Shown: positions 34,194 to 44,728 of the stretch, one piece after another
How the letters are laid out: each line of letters opens with the position of its first letter
Position numbering within the stretch: position 1 is the stretch's first letter
The notes under the pieces: model-generated
Database searches by the model: none
Seen by the model: only the letters and a program-made list of their open reading frames with translations
Told to the model about the DNA's origin: nothing
Made by a program: the position numbers and the translations under genes
From: an uncultured Actinomycetes bacterium
GTDB lineage: Bacteria; Actinomycetota; UBA4738; HRBIN12
Assembly (NCBI GenBank): GCA_963810915.1
Contig: CAWEPH010000004.1
Span: 67,788 to 131,787 of the forward strand
Length of the DNA stretch: 64,000 bases
Reading direction: 5' to 3'

Positions 34194-37100
34194 GTGAGTG
34201 GATCGCTGACCTGCCCGGCATGCTCGGCGACGAACGATGCCGACCAGCGGTTCTGCACGACCTGCGGCGCATCCCTCGCGCACACGTGCGACACCTGCGG
34301 AACGGTGAACGCGCCGGACGCTCGCTTCTGCGGCGCGTGTGGCTCCCCGCTCGAGGCGCCATCGAGCCCGATGCCGACTGACGTGGTCGAAGAGCGGAAG
34401 GTCGTTTCGGTCCTGTTCGCCGATCTTGCCGGGTTCACCGCCGCATCGGACGGCGCCGATCCCGAAGACGTCAAGGCACGCCTCCATCCCTACTTCGCTC
34501 GCGCTCGTGAAGAGATCGAGTCGCTCGGCGGCCTCGTCGAGAAGTTCATCGGCGACGCCGTCGTCGGTCTGTTCGGCGCGCCGACCTCGCGTGAGGACGA
34601 CGCGGCGCGGGCCGTGGAGGCGGCCTGGGGGATCGCTCGCGCGATCGACGGGTTGAACGAGCAAGATCCGACGCTCGAGCTCGCGGTCCGGATCGCGGTC
34701 GACACGGGCGAGGCCGTCGTGGATCTCAACGCGAACGCCGAACGCGGCGAGACGATCGCGACGGGTGATGTGATGAACACCGCGTCGCGACTCCAGCACG
34801 AGGCGCCCGTCGGCGGCGTCGTGGTCGGTGAACGAACGTACCGCTCGGCGATGCAGTCCTTCGATTGGGAGCCGCTGGACCCCGTGAGCGTCAGGGGGAA
34901 AGCAACCCCGATCCCGATCTGGTGCGTCATCGGTGTACGTCCGGAGCACGAGCGCGCGCCGCTCGCGCCGTTGATCGGCCGCGGCCGCGAGCTCGAGCTC
35001 CTCGGCGCGGTGTGGGACAAGGTGCGCGCGGATCGGCGCACGCACCTCGTCACGGTCTTCGGCCCGCCGGGGATCGGTAAGAGCCGCCTCGTGCGCGAGC
35101 TGCGCCCGCGTCTCGAGCGGGAGGGCGTATTCATCAAGGGTCGATGCCGCCCGTACGGCGAGACGACGGGCTACGGCGCGTTCGGTCAGCAGGTGTCGCA
35201 GATCGCGGGGATCTTCGAGACCGATCCGACGAACGTCGCGCGCGCCAAGCTCCGCGAGCGCGCCGCCGCCCTGCTGCCCGACATGGACGCGGACGAGGTG
35301 GCCGCACATCTCGCGATCCTCCTCGGACTGTCGAACGAGGGCGCGCCCGACAAGCAGCTCCTGTTCTTCTCCGCGCGCCGGTTCGTCGAAGCCGTAGCCC
35401 GAACGCACCCGACGACCTTGGTGTTCGAGGACATCCACTGGGCCGAGCCGGCGCTCCTGGAGCTCCTCGAGTCGCTCGCCTCACGGCTGACCGACGTACC
35501 GATGTTCCTGATCACGCTGGCCCGGCCGGATCTCCTCGACGTGCAACCGACGTGGGGCGGGGGGCTCCCGCGGTACACGGCGGTCCACCTGGAGCCGCTC
35601 GACGACGAGGACGCACACGAGCTCGTGGGCGCGCTGCTCGCCGGGTCGGATGAGGCCGCGGGTTATGCGGACCGTCTCGTCAACGCGAGCGGCGGCAACC
35701 CGCTGTTCCTCGAGGAGCTGGCGGCATCCGTCACCGAGCGCACGGCCGATTTCGTCGCCGGGCTGCCGACGACGGTGCAGGCGATCATCGCCGCCCGCTT
35801 GGACGCGCTCCCACGTCACCACCGGCACGTGCTCCAGGACGCCGCGGTGATCGGGCGCATCTTCTGGCGGGGTCCGCTCGCGGCGCTCCAGAGCGATGAT
35901 GGCGAGCTGGATGCGACCCTGGACGATCTGGAGCGCCGAGACTTCATCCGCCGGCAACCGACGTCGGACGTTCCGGCCGACCGCGAGTTCATCTTCAAGC
36001 ACGTGCTCACGCGCGAGGTTGCGTACGGGACGCTGCCACGAGCCGCGCGACGCGAGCGTCACCGCGCGGTCGCGGTGTTCATCGAGCGCGAGGCGGGTGA
36101 CCGCGTCCGGGATTCCGCGTCGATCCTGGCTCACCACTATCGCGAAGCTGGTGACGACGCGAAGACGGCCATGTATCTGACGATGGCGGCCGATGTCGCG
36201 TCGCGAGCCTGGGCCAAACAGCAGGCGATCATCCTGCTCGGGGAGGCGATCGAGATCGCCGAACGCATCGCCGATCGCGATCTCCTGATCGGCGCCCGGC
36301 TCACCCGTGCCTCGACGCTGATCGACGCGGCGCGGTTCACCGACTCGTTGGAGGACTTGGACTGGCTGATCGAGAGGGCGGAGGGTCGCGATCTCGCCCT
36401 CGCGCACCTCGCCCGCGCGAGGGCCGCCTTCTGGGTCGCCGACGCCGCCGGCGTTGTCGCGCACAGCACCGCCGCGGCGGACATCGCGGAGCGATTCGAC
36501 GACCGCGAGCTCCAGGGACGCGCACTGGCCGCGCGATCCGAGGCCGAAGCCATGCGAGGAAACATCCCGGCAGCGTTCGCGACGTGGGAGCGGGTCGAGC
36601 ACACGTGGCCGGCCGAACGGCGCGACGCTTCGTACGCGAGGTTCCTGGCGACGCGGTCGATGATGTCGTACTGGACCGGCGACTACGAGACGTGCCTCGC
36701 CATGGCGACCGAGGCTCACCGATCGGGGACCGAGGCGTCGAACCTCGAGGCGTCGGTCACGAGCGCGTGCAATGGGGGGTTAGCGCTCGTCGGCCTCTCG
36801 CGACACGAAGAGGGCATCGCGTGGCTCGACCGAGCGATCCAGCTCGGTCGCGAGTGGGAGGAGAGGTCGTTCCGATTCACGGCTCGCGCGATGAACATGC
36901 GAGCGGGCGCCCTCCGCGAGACCGGTGATCTGGCGGCCGCCCGGGCGCAGAGTGAGGAAGGGCTCGAGCTCGCGAAGGACTCCGGATTCCCACCCGCCGT
37001 GATCAGCGCCCGACTCGACCTCCTGTACGCCGACCTCATGGCCGAGGACGTCGGGGCGGCCGAGCGAACGATCCCCGACCTCGCCGATGCGCTCGAGGGT

Positions 37101-37544
37101 GCGAAGGGCTTCCACCAGTTCCTCTGGTCGATCCGCTTGATCGTTGCGCGTGCCGAAGCGGCCCGTCTTGCCGGGCGGTACGACGACGCGATCTCCTTCG
37201 GGCAGAACGCTCTCGTCGAAGCGGAGCGGTTCGGCCGCCGCAAGTACGACTGCCTGGCCCGGGTCCCCCTCGCTCGCGCGCTCGTCGCGACCGGACGACC
37301 GGGAGACGCCGTCGACGTGCTCACCCGGGCCGTCGTCGAGGCCGAACGGCTCGGTCATCTGCCCTCGCGCTGGCCCGCGTTTTCGGCGATGGCCGAGGCG
37401 GAAGCGGCGCTCGGTGACGAGGAGGCTGCCGCCAACGCGCGCGCCGCGGCGGTTCGGAGCATCGAGGAGTTCGCGAGCGGGCTTACGGAGGCGCACCGAG
37501 CGGCCTTGCTGGCACGCGCGGACGTCGTTGCCCTGATGTCCTGA
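34194..37544 (+). CDS. double zinc-ribbon + class III cyclase + STAND/AAA ATPase + TPR signalling protein
   Basis: Likely GTG start at 34194 (VSGSLTCPACSATNDADQRFCTTCG...CDTCGTVNAPDARFCGACG). VLFADLAGFTAASD, EKFIGDAVVGLFGAP, P-loop GPPGIGKSRLV, LVFEDIHWAE. The tracked ORF starts at 34107. Confidence 0.85.
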   Translation: MSGSLTCPACSATNDADQRFCTTCGASLAHTCDTCGTVNAPDARFCGACGSPLEAPSSPMPTDVVEERKVVSVLFADLAGFTAASDGADPEDVKARLHPYFARAREEIESLGGLVEKFIGDAVVGLFGAPTSREDDAARAVEAAWGIARAIDGLNEQDPTLELAVRIAVDTGEAVVDLNANAERGETIATGDVMNTASRLQHEAPVGGVVVGERTYRSAMQSFDWEPLDPVSVRGKATPIPIWCVIGVRPEHERAPLAPLIGRGRELELLGAVWDKVRADRRTHLVTVFGPPGIGKSRLVRELRPRLEREGVFIKGRCRPYGETTGYGAFGQQVSQIAGIFETDPTNVARAKLRERAAALLPDMDADEVAAHLAILLGLSNEGAPDKQLLFFSARRFVEAVARTHPTTLVFEDIHWAEPALLELLESLASRLTDVPMFLITLARPDLLDVQPTWGGGLPRYTAVHLEPLDDEDAHELVGALLAGSDEAAGYADRLVNASGGNPLFLEELAASVTERTADFVAGLPTTVQAIIAARLDALPRHHRHVLQDAAVIGRIFWRGPLAALQSDDGELDATLDDLERRDFIRRQPTSDVPADREFIFKHVLTREVAYGTLPRAARRERHRAVAVFIEREAGDRVRDSASILAHHYREAGDDAKTAMYLTMAADVASRAWAKQQAIILLGEAIEIAERIADRDLLIGARLTRASTLIDAARFTDSLEDLDWLIERAEGRDLALAHLARARAAFWVADAAGVVAHSTAAADIAERFDDRELQGRALAARSEAEAMRGNIPAAFATWERVEHTWPAERRDASYARFLATRSMMSYWTGDYETCLAMATEAHRSGTEASNLEASVTSACNGGLALVGLSRHEEGIAWLDRAIQLGREWEERSFRFTARAMNMRAGALRETGDLAAARAQSEEGLELAKDSGFPPAVISARLDLLYADLMAEDVGAAERTIPDLADALEGAKGFHQFLWSIRLIVARAEAARLAGRYDDAISFGQNALVEAERFGRRKYDCLARVPLARALVATGRPGDAVDVLTRAVVEAERLGHLPSRWPAFSAMAEAEAALGDEEAAANARAAAVRSIEEFASGLTEAHRAALLARADVVALMS

Positions 37545-37582
37545 ATGGGCGCGAGCGTTGCGGTCGGAACGAAACGCGGTCT

Positions 37583-37618
37583 TGGTCGTTGACTGGTCTG
37601 TAACTGGTCCGCTACCGT
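37583..37618 (+). promoter_or_regulatory. triple TGGTC direct repeat (11-bp phasing) overlapping a TTGACT-N18-TACCGT promoter; predicted leaderless gntR transcript
   Basis: TGGTC at 37583, 37594 and 37605. TTGACT at 37589-37594, TACCGT at 37613-37618, and the ATG at 37626 has no SD. A near-identical 27-bp block recurs at 42179-42205. Confidence 0.55.
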
Positions 37619-37625
37619 CCCACCC

Positions 37626-38390
37626 ATGGCGTCGACCCGTGTTCCCTCGGCGACGATCGGCCGGGTCGAGCAACCCCGCTACCTCCAACTCGCCAGGCTG
37701 ATGCGCGCCGACATCGACCGGGGCGTCATCCAAGTGAGCGACCGGCTGCCTGGCGAGCGAGAGATCTGTCGCCGGTTCGGGGTCAGTCGCACGACCGTGC
37801 GCCGCGCGCTCGAGGAGCTCGAGAGCCACGGCTACGTCCGCGCCGACGGGACGAGGGGCTGGTTCGTGACGCCCCTCGTGGAGCCGAACGCCCTGCTCGG
37901 CTTCACCGACCTCGCCGCCGAGCGCGGGCTCGAGGCTACGTCCCGCGTCCTCGCCTGCACCTCGCGGGAGGCGACCCTCTCGGAAGGCGACGATCTGGGG
38001 GCGCCACCGGGTGCCCAGGTGCTCGAGCTCGAGCGGGTCAGGTTGTTGGGCGGCGTCCCGGTCGGGTGGCAGCGCGCGGTCGCGGCGGCGTGGCTCGCTC
38101 CGGGCATCGTCTCGCGCGACTACGCGACCAACTCCCTGTTCGACGGCTTCCGAACGGAGGGGATCGTGCCGGCGCGCGCGGACTACGACGTCCGCGCGGG
38201 CACCGCGGACAAGCGTCAGGCGAAGCTCCTCGACGTCCCGCTCGGCGCGAGCGTGCTGCTGATCAAGGCGACGATATGGGACGAGGAGGGCCGCAGGATC
38301 GAAGTCTCCGAGGGGGCCTTCGCCGGCGAACGCTATCGGTTCCGCGCCTCCGTCACCGCGAGCGCGGTACCTGAGGCCGGATCGCGGTGA
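37626..38390 (+). CDS. GntR-family (HutC/UTRA subfamily) transcriptional regulator
   Basis: LPGEREICRRFGVSRTTVRRALEELESHGYVRA (GntR wHTH), followed by a UTRA-like C-terminal domain. Confidence 0.85.
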   Translation: MASTRVPSATIGRVEQPRYLQLARLMRADIDRGVIQVSDRLPGEREICRRFGVSRTTVRRALEELESHGYVRADGTRGWFVTPLVEPNALLGFTDLAAERGLEATSRVLACTSREATLSEGDDLGAPPGAQVLELERVRLLGGVPVGWQRAVAAAWLAPGIVSRDYATNSLFDGFRTEGIVPARADYDVRAGTADKRQAKLLDVPLGASVLLIKATIWDEEGRRIEVSEGAFAGERYRFRASVTASAVPEAGSR

Positions 38391-39397
38391 GCACCCACGA
38401 GCCCGCTGCAGCCGACGTCGCCCCGCCGAAGACCCCGCATCCCGTCCGCGATCTCCTGATCCAGCGCACGCTGCTCGGGTTCCTCACCCTCTTCTTCGTA
38501 TCGGTGATCGTCTTCGCCGCGACCCAGGTGCTGCCCGGCAACGCGGCGTACGCCGTGTTGGGCCAGACGGCCACCCCGGAGTCCCTGGCCTCGCTCGAGC
38601 ATCGGCTCGGTCTGGATCGTCCCGCGGTCGAGCAGTACTGGGATTGGCTGCACGGTCTGCTGCGCGGCGACCTGGGCACGAGCCTGGTCGGCCAGCAGCA
38701 GCCGGTCGGGGAGCTGGTGTGGCCGCGGGTCGTGAACTCCGCGGTGCTCGTGCTGCTCGCGGGGGTGATCGGGTCCATCGTCGGCGTGCTGCTGGGCCTC
38801 GCCGCCGCACTCCGCCGCGATCGAGCCTCGGATCACGTCATGTCGGTCCTGGCGCTCGCCGTGACGTCGCTGCCGGAGTTCGCGATCGCGATCGCGCTCG
38901 TGTTCCTGTTCGCGACGAACGTGTTCCACCTCTTCCCCGCGGTCTCGCCGATCCCGCCCGGAGAGAAGCCGTGGGATCAGCCGCAGATGCTGGTGCTCCC
39001 TGTGCTCACGTTGGTGATCGTGGTCGTCCCGTACATCTTCCGCATGATGCGGGCGGCGAGCGTCGAGGCCCTGGAGAGTGACTACGTCGAGATGGCGCGG
39101 CTCAAGGGCATGTCGAGACGGGCCGTGCTGCTCCGTCACGCCCTGCCGAACGCGCTGCCGGCCACGATCCAGGCGATCGGGCTGACCTTCCTGTACCTCG
39201 CGGGGGGCATCGTGCTCGTTGAGTACGTGTTCGCGTACCCGGGGATCGGCGCGGGGCTCGTCAACGCCGTCACCGACAAGGACATCCCCGCGATCCAGTT
39301 CATCGTGATCCTCCTCGCCGCCTTCTACGTGTTCATCAACATCGCGACCGACGTCGTGACCCTGATGGCGAGTCCCCGGCGCCGGGTGCCCCGATGA
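38387..39397 (+). CDS. ABC transporter permease (Dpp/Opp B-type)
   Basis: Six hydrophobic segments. Typical DppB-like start RTLLGFLTLFFVSVIVFAATQVLPGN and EAA-loop region. Overlapping starts and stops with both neighbours. Confidence 0.85.
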   Translation: MSTHEPAAADVAPPKTPHPVRDLLIQRTLLGFLTLFFVSVIVFAATQVLPGNAAYAVLGQTATPESLASLEHRLGLDRPAVEQYWDWLHGLLRGDLGTSLVGQQQPVGELVWPRVVNSAVLVLLAGVIGSIVGVLLGLAAALRRDRASDHVMSVLALAVTSLPEFAIAIALVFLFATNVFHLFPAVSPIPPGEKPWDQPQMLVLPVLTLVIVVVPYIFRMMRAASVEALESDYVEMARLKGMSRRAVLLRHALPNALPATIQAIGLTFLYLAGGIVLVEYVFAYPGIGAGLVNAVTDKDIPAIQFIVILLAAFYVFINIATDVVTLMASPRRRVPR

Positions 39398-40347
39398 CGA
39401 GCCACAGGGACGCCGTGGCGGAGCCGTCCGTTCCGCGGGTGCGGCGTTCGGAGCTCGGGCACATCCTGCGCGATACGACGCGCACGGCGAGGGGCCGCGT
39501 GGGTCTCGGTCTCACGCTCTTCGTGCTGCTGCTGGCGTTCGTCGGTCCGTTCCTGGCGCCGTACGATCCGAACGCCTACGTGACGGCGCCGTTCAGCAAG
39601 CCGTCCGCCCTCCACCGGCTCGGCGGCGACTTCCTCGGCCGCGACGTCCTCAGCCGGGTCCTGGCGGGCGGCTGGCAGCTGATCGTGCTCGCCGCGGCGG
39701 CGACGGTGATCGGTGTCGCGCTCGGCGCGGCGGCCGGGATCTACGCCGGCTACCGACGGGGGTTGCCCGACACGATCGTGATGCGCGCCGTCGACGTGCT
39801 GCTCGCCTTCCCCCAGCTCGTGTTCGTCCTGTTGCTGGTGTCCGTGGTGGGACCCAGCGACCGGCTGCTGGTCTTGGCCGTCGGGATATCGCACGCACCT
39901 CAGGTCGCCCGGGTGCTCCGCGCGTCGACGCTCGACGTGTCCGAACGCGACTTCGTGAAGGCGGTGGAGATCACCGGGGTCTCGGGCCGCCGGGTCATGC
40001 TCGGCGAGATCCTGCCCAACCTGGTGACCCCGCTGATGGTCGAGGTCGGCCTGCGTATGACGTACTCGATCGTGATCATGGCGGGCCTGTCGTTCATCGG
40101 ATTCGGGCTCCCGCCGCCGCAGCCGAACTGGGGCACGATGATCAACGAGAACCGGATCGGCCTGACGTTGAACGCGTGGGCCGCGCTGACGCCCGCCGCG
40201 ATGATCGCCATCCTCACGATCGGCCTGAACACGTTCACCGACGCGATCACCCGGGTGGCGCTGGGGGTCGATCGACGTGAGGTCGACCCCCCGGCGGCCG
40301 CCTCGGCGCAGGTGCCGTTGGCCGTCGGCGCGACGACGAGCCGGTGA
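39394..40347 (+). CDS. ABC transporter permease (Dpp/Opp C-type)
   Basis: HRLGGDFLGRDVLSRVLAGG is the typical DppC N-terminal motif. Multiple TM segments. Confidence 0.85.
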   Translation: MTSHRDAVAEPSVPRVRRSELGHILRDTTRTARGRVGLGLTLFVLLLAFVGPFLAPYDPNAYVTAPFSKPSALHRLGGDFLGRDVLSRVLAGGWQLIVLAAAATVIGVALGAAAGIYAGYRRGLPDTIVMRAVDVLLAFPQLVFVLLLVSVVGPSDRLLVLAVGISHAPQVARVLRASTLDVSERDFVKAVEITGVSGRRVMLGEILPNLVTPLMVEVGLRMTYSIVIMAGLSFIGFGLPPPQPNWGTMINENRIGLTLNAWAALTPAAMIAILTIGLNTFTDAITRVALGVDRREVDPPAAASAQVPLAVGATTSR

Positions 40348-40351
40348 AGGA

Positions 40352-42188
40352 GTGAGCGTCCCGACGCCGCTCGTGAGGCCGCTCGATGCCCCCAGGCTGC
40401 GGGTCGAGGACCTGACGATCGCCTCCACCCGAGGCGTCGAGATCCTCCAGGACGTCTCGCTCGACGTCATCGCCGGCGAGGTGCTCGGCCTCGTCGGAGA
40501 GTCGGGGTCCGGGAAGACGACGCTCGCGCTCGGGATGATCGGCTACGTCCGGCGCGGCCTCCGGTTCGCCGGCGGACTCGTTCAGCTCGACGGTCGGGAT
40601 CTGCTCACGCTCGCGCGAGCCGGAGCTCCGGAGACTGCGTGGATCGACGCTCGCCTACGTCCCGCAGGATCCGGCGACCGCGCTGAACCCGTCCCGCAGG
40701 ATCGGGTCGCAGCTGCGCGAGTCGCTCACGTTCCACGACCACCACGGCGCCGAGGTCGAGGATCGGATCTCGGAACTGATGGATGAGGTGGGCCTCTCGG
40801 CGGTTCCCGGCGTGCTCGACGTCTTCCCCCATCAGCTCTCGGGCGGGCAGCAGCAGCGCGTCACGATCGCGATGGCGTTCGCGTGCCGTCCGGCGGTGAT
40901 CGTCCTCGACGAGCCGACGACCGGCCTGGACGTGACCACCCAGCGCACGGTCCTGTCGACGGTGGCCCAGCTCTGCACCCGCTACGACGTCGCGGCCGTC
41001 TACGTGAGCCACGACGTGGCGGTGGTGGGCGAGCTGGCGAGCCGGGTCGCGGTGCTCTACGCGGGTCGCGTGGTCGAGGTCGGCCGGGTCCCCGACGTCT
41101 TCGGTGCCCCGGGGCACCCGTACTCGCACGGGCTCCTGCGAGCGGTCCCCTCGCCGGATCGTGCCGAGCGTCTCCATGGCATGGACGGCATCCCGCCGCG
41201 TCCGGGCGCACGTCCGGCCGGCTGCGCCTTCGCGCCGCGTTGCCCGCTCGCGGTGGACGTCTGCCGGACGGAGGTGCCGGACCTCCGGGCGGCGCACGGC
41301 CCCGGTCATCTCGCTCGTTGCGTCTTCGCGACCCCGGACCTCGTCGCGGTGGGCGGCACGTCGCCGGGGTCGGACTTCGAGGTGGGGGCCGGGTCAACCG
41401 TCGCCGGACCGGCAGCGGAGGGATCCGTGCTCACCATCGCGGACCTGGACGCCTCCTTCGGACCGACCCAGGTGCTCCACGGCATCTCGCTCGAGGTGCG
41501 GCGGGGAGAGTGCGTCGCGGTGGTGGGGGAGTCCGGATCCGGGAAGACGACGCTCGCGCGGTGCATCGTCGGGCTGCACGCGAACTGGTCCGGGGACGTC
41601 GTGTTCGAGGGCGCGGCGTTGCCCCACGGCCTCCGGCATCGCTCGATCGACCAGCTCCGGCGGCTCCAGTACGTGTTCCAGAATCCCTACGCCTCGCTGA
41701 ACCCGCGGCGCAGCATCGGCGGGCTCGTGGCGCAGCCCGTCGACCACTTCACGAAGCTCGACCGCCGCGAGAGCGACCGGGCCGTGCGCGACGCGATCGC
41801 TTCGGTCTCCCTGCCGGTCGACCTCGTGGGCCGGTATCCGGATCAGCTCTCAGGCGGCGAACGTCAGCGGGTGGCGATCTCGCGCACGATCGTGGTGGGG
41901 CCCTCCCTGCTCGTCTGCGACGAGGTCACGTCGGCGCTCGACGTCTCCGTGCAGGCCTCCGTCGTGGAGATGCTCCGCCGGCTGCAGGCCGAGCGCTCGC
42001 TGTCGCTGCTGTTCATCACGCACAACCTCGCGCTCGTGCGGAGCGTCGCCCAACACGTGGTCGTGATGAAAGAAGGACGGGTCGTGGAGGCCGGACGGGT
42101 CGAGGCGGTGCTCGATCACCCGAAGGATGCCTACACGCGTGCGTTGATGAGCGACGTGCCGCGCTTCGACGCGCGTACTGGTCGTTGA
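40352..42188 (+). pseudogene. fused double ATPase (DppD-DppF type) of the ABC transporter; first NBD split by a frame change near 40600-40620
   Basis: SD AAGGAG + GTG at 40352. Walker A GESGSGKTT is in frame 1. The expected continuation ELRRLRGSTLAYVPQDPATALNP...LSGGQQQRV...VLDEPTTGLD is in the frame of ORF 40779-42188. The second NBD is intact (GESGSGKTT, LSGGERQRV). Length is 3n+1. Confidence 0.8.
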
Positions 42189-42205
42189 CTGGTCATGAAC
42201 TGGTC
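42179..42205 (+). promoter_or_regulatory. second copy of the triple TGGTC operator block
   Basis: TGGTCGTTGACTGGTCATGAACTGGTC, compared with TGGTCGTTGACTGGTCTGTAACTGGTC at 37583-37609. Spans the ATPase stop codon and the annotated cupin start, and is followed by TAGGGT. Confidence 0.55.
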
Positions 42206-43136
42206 TGTAGGGTCGAAGCATGGGGACGGTTCGGGCGTCACGACGACGACGCCGCGGGTGGAGGCCGAGGTGAGCGGCTACCGCCCGTCGCCGCGCCCGA
42301 CCTTCGATGAAGCGACACCGCTCCGCCGCGCGGACGTCGTCACCTACACCTGGGGCGACGATGGGTCGGGCGAGGTCCAGGATTGGCTCTACGTGTCGTC
42401 GGAGAAGATCCACGAGCTCGTCTTCGGGCTCCCGCCGCGTGGGTCGTTCCGCCACTCCGACGAGTTCCGGACGATCTTCGCCGCCGACGAGCTCCTCTAC
42501 GTCCTGAGCGGCACGTTGTTGCTCGCGAACCCGGAGTCCGGCGAGGCGCATCGTGTCGAGGCCGGTGAGGCCGCCTTCTTCCGGCGCGATACCTGGCACC
42601 ACGCGCACGCGATCGGTCCGGATGCGCTGCGGGTCCTCGAGTTGTTCGCACCGCCGCCCGCCGCCGGGACCTCCGGAGCCTACGCGCGATCCCAGCCACT
42701 GCTGTCGGCGGTGGCCCTCGGCGACGATGGGCAGCTCGGGAGCCTCGTCCCCGGGGAACCGCCGTCGCGCCGGGACACGATGCGGGTCGTGCGGGAGGCC
42801 GACCTGCGTTGGCGTCTCGAGCCGGGCACCCCCGGTCCGGTGCCCGTGGGCCTGTTCGCCAGCACGGAGCACCTCACCGTGGGCATGATGGACCTGCACC
42901 CCGGCCAGCGCGGGACGTGGCACACGCATGCCGGGGACGAATGCGGCTATGTCTTGGAGGGGTCCTTGGCTCTCGCCGTCGAGGGCTCCGACGCGCGGAA
43001 GTGGTTCGAGTTGCAGGCCGGGGACGGGTGGTACGTCCCGGAGGGAGTGGAGCACCGGTATCAGGCCCACGAGGGATCGACGCGGTACGTGTTCGCGGCG
43101 GCACCTTCGTACACGAGCTCGAAAGGGAGGCCGTGA
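42195..43136 (+). CDS. bicupin-like protein
   Basis: Two cupin-like cores: LYVLSGTLLLANPESGEAHRVEAGEAAFF...WHHAHA and GTWHTHAGDECGYVLEGSLALAV...GDGWYVPEGVEHRY. Start uncertain; an in-frame GTG at 42258 is possible. Confidence 0.65.
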   Translation: MNWSVGSKHGDGSGVTTTTPRVEAEVSGYRPSPRPTFDEATPLRRADVVTYTWGDDGSGEVQDWLYVSSEKIHELVFGLPPRGSFRHSDEFRTIFAADELLYVLSGTLLLANPESGEAHRVEAGEAAFFRRDTWHHAHAIGPDALRVLELFAPPPAAGTSGAYARSQPLLSAVALGDDGQLGSLVPGEPPSRRDTMRVVREADLRWRLEPGTPGPVPVGLFASTEHLTVGMMDLHPGQRGTWHTHAGDECGYVLEGSLALAVEGSDARKWFELQAGDGWYVPEGVEHRYQAHEGSTRYVFAAAPSYTSSKGRP

Positions 43137-44728
43137 TGAGCACACCGCAGTCCGATCTCGACCGCTGGAGGCTGACGAGGCGCGAGCTATTGCGCTCCGC
43201 CCTCATCGCGGGTGTGACGATCCCGATCCTCGGCGTCGCGGGATGCACGAGCGGTGGGTCGGAGACGCCCTCTTCGTCGGCGGCGAGCGCGTCGGTCAAG
43301 AAGGGCGGCACCCTGCGGGCCGCGATCAGCGGTGGCTCGAGCAGTGACTCGCTCGACGCGCAGGCCGCGATCACCACGATCGACTTCGCGCGGATCTTCC
43401 AGCTCAACGAGCCGTTGATCGGCTTCGATGCTGAGGCGCACCTCGTGCCGATCCTGGCGGAGGAGCTGACACCGTCGCCGGACGCGACGCTGTGGACGCT
43501 GAAGCTCAAGCCGGGGATCACGTTCCACAACGGCAAGTCGCTGACGGCCGACGACGTGATCTACAGCTTCCAGCGGATCGTTGACCCGAAGGCGCCGCTG
43601 CCGGGCGCCGTGCCGATGTCCGCGGTCGACGTGGCCGGGATGAAGAAGCTCGACTCCTTGACGGTGCAGATCCCGTGCAAGACGCCCTACGCGATCCTCG
43701 ATCAGCTCGTCGCGAACTACTACTACAACATCGTGCCGCAGGGCTATGACCCGAAGCATCCCGTGGGCACGGGGCCCTTCAAGTTCCAGAGCTTCACCCC
43801 CGGACAGCAGAGCACGTTCGTCCGCAACGAGAACTACTGGCGCTCGGGTGAGCCGTACGTGGACACCGTCGTGATCTCCGACTTCGCCGATGAGACCGCG
43901 CAGCTGAACGCTCTCAACGGCGGCCAGGCGGACATGGTGAACCAGCTCTCCGCGTCGGGCGCGGCATCCCTGGGCACGTCGGGCGCGACGTCCGTGGTCT
44001 CGCCCGGCGGCGGATGGGTGCCGTTCACGATGCGTGTCGATGCGGATCCGTTCACCGATCCGAAGGTCCGGCAGGCCTTCCGGCTGATGGTCAACCGGGA
44101 CGAGATGATGCAGGTGGTCTTCGGTGGGAACGGCACGATCGGCAACGACGTGTTCTCGATCTACGACCCGTCGTACAACTCCGGGCTCGCCCAGCGCGCC
44201 CATGACCCAGAACAAGCGAAATCGTTGCTCAAATCGGCCGGGGTCGAGGGACTGAACATCGACCTCGTCACATCCGATATCGCGCAGGGCTCGACGGCCA
44301 TGGCGACGGTGTTCGCACAGCAGGCCAAGGATGCCGGGGTCACGGTCAACCTGAAGAAGGTGACGGTCTCCGATTTCTACGGGCCGCAGTACCTGAAGTG
44401 GGTCTTCGCGCAGGACTTCTCGTTCTTCCAGTACTACCTCCCGTCGGTCGCCCAGTTCTTCGTTCCGAGCGGGCCCTACAACGAGACGCACTACGACAAC
44501 CCGCAGTACACGTCGCTGTTCGACAAGGCGCTCAAGACGGTCGACGAGTCCGCGCGGACGGACATCGTGCATCAGATGCAGCAGATCGACTACGACGACG
44601 GCGGCTACATCATCCCGCTCTTCCCGCCGGTGATCGACGGGGTGGCCTCGACGGTGCACGGCGTCGCCCCGACCAAGACCGGCGCGCCGCTCAACAACTA
44701 CGACTGGCGCCAGATCTGGGTCGGCTAG
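43136..44728 (+). CDS. ABC transporter substrate-binding protein, family 5 (peptide/nickel/oligosaccharide type), Tat/lipoprotein signal
   Basis: ATG at 43136 overlaps the cupin stop (TGATG). RRELLRSALIAGVTIPILGVAGCTSGG. Typical family-5 text: GGTLRAAISGG, LKPGITFHNGK, NPQYTSLFDKA. The tracked ORF 42809 extension looks spurious. Confidence 0.85.
   Translation: MSTPQSDLDRWRLTRRELLRSALIAGVTIPILGVAGCTSGGSETPSSSAASASVKKGGTLRAAISGGSSSDSLDAQAAITTIDFARIFQLNEPLIGFDAEAHLVPILAEELTPSPDATLWTLKLKPGITFHNGKSLTADDVIYSFQRIVDPKAPLPGAVPMSAVDVAGMKKLDSLTVQIPCKTPYAILDQLVANYYYNIVPQGYDPKHPVGTGPFKFQSFTPGQQSTFVRNENYWRSGEPYVDTVVISDFADETAQLNALNGGQADMVNQLSASGAASLGTSGATSVVSPGGGWVPFTMRVDADPFTDPKVRQAFRLMVNRDEMMQVVFGGNGTIGNDVFSIYDPSYNSGLAQRAHDPEQAKSLLKSAGVEGLNIDLVTSDIAQGSTAMATVFAQQAKDAGVTVNLKKVTVSDFYGPQYLKWVFAQDFSFFQYYLPSVAQFFVPSGPYNETHYDNPQYTSLFDKALKTVDESARTDIVHQMQQIDYDDGGYIIPLFPPVIDGVASTVHGVAPTKTGAPLNNYDWRQIWVG

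Noticed and set aside
42809-43135. The N-terminal 109-codon extension of the substrate-binding protein ORF as tracked (42809-44728).
   Set aside because: The extension overlaps the bicupin gene in another frame and reads as Arg/Gly-rich text. A Tat/lipoprotein signal begins exactly at the ATG at 43136, which overlaps the cupin stop.
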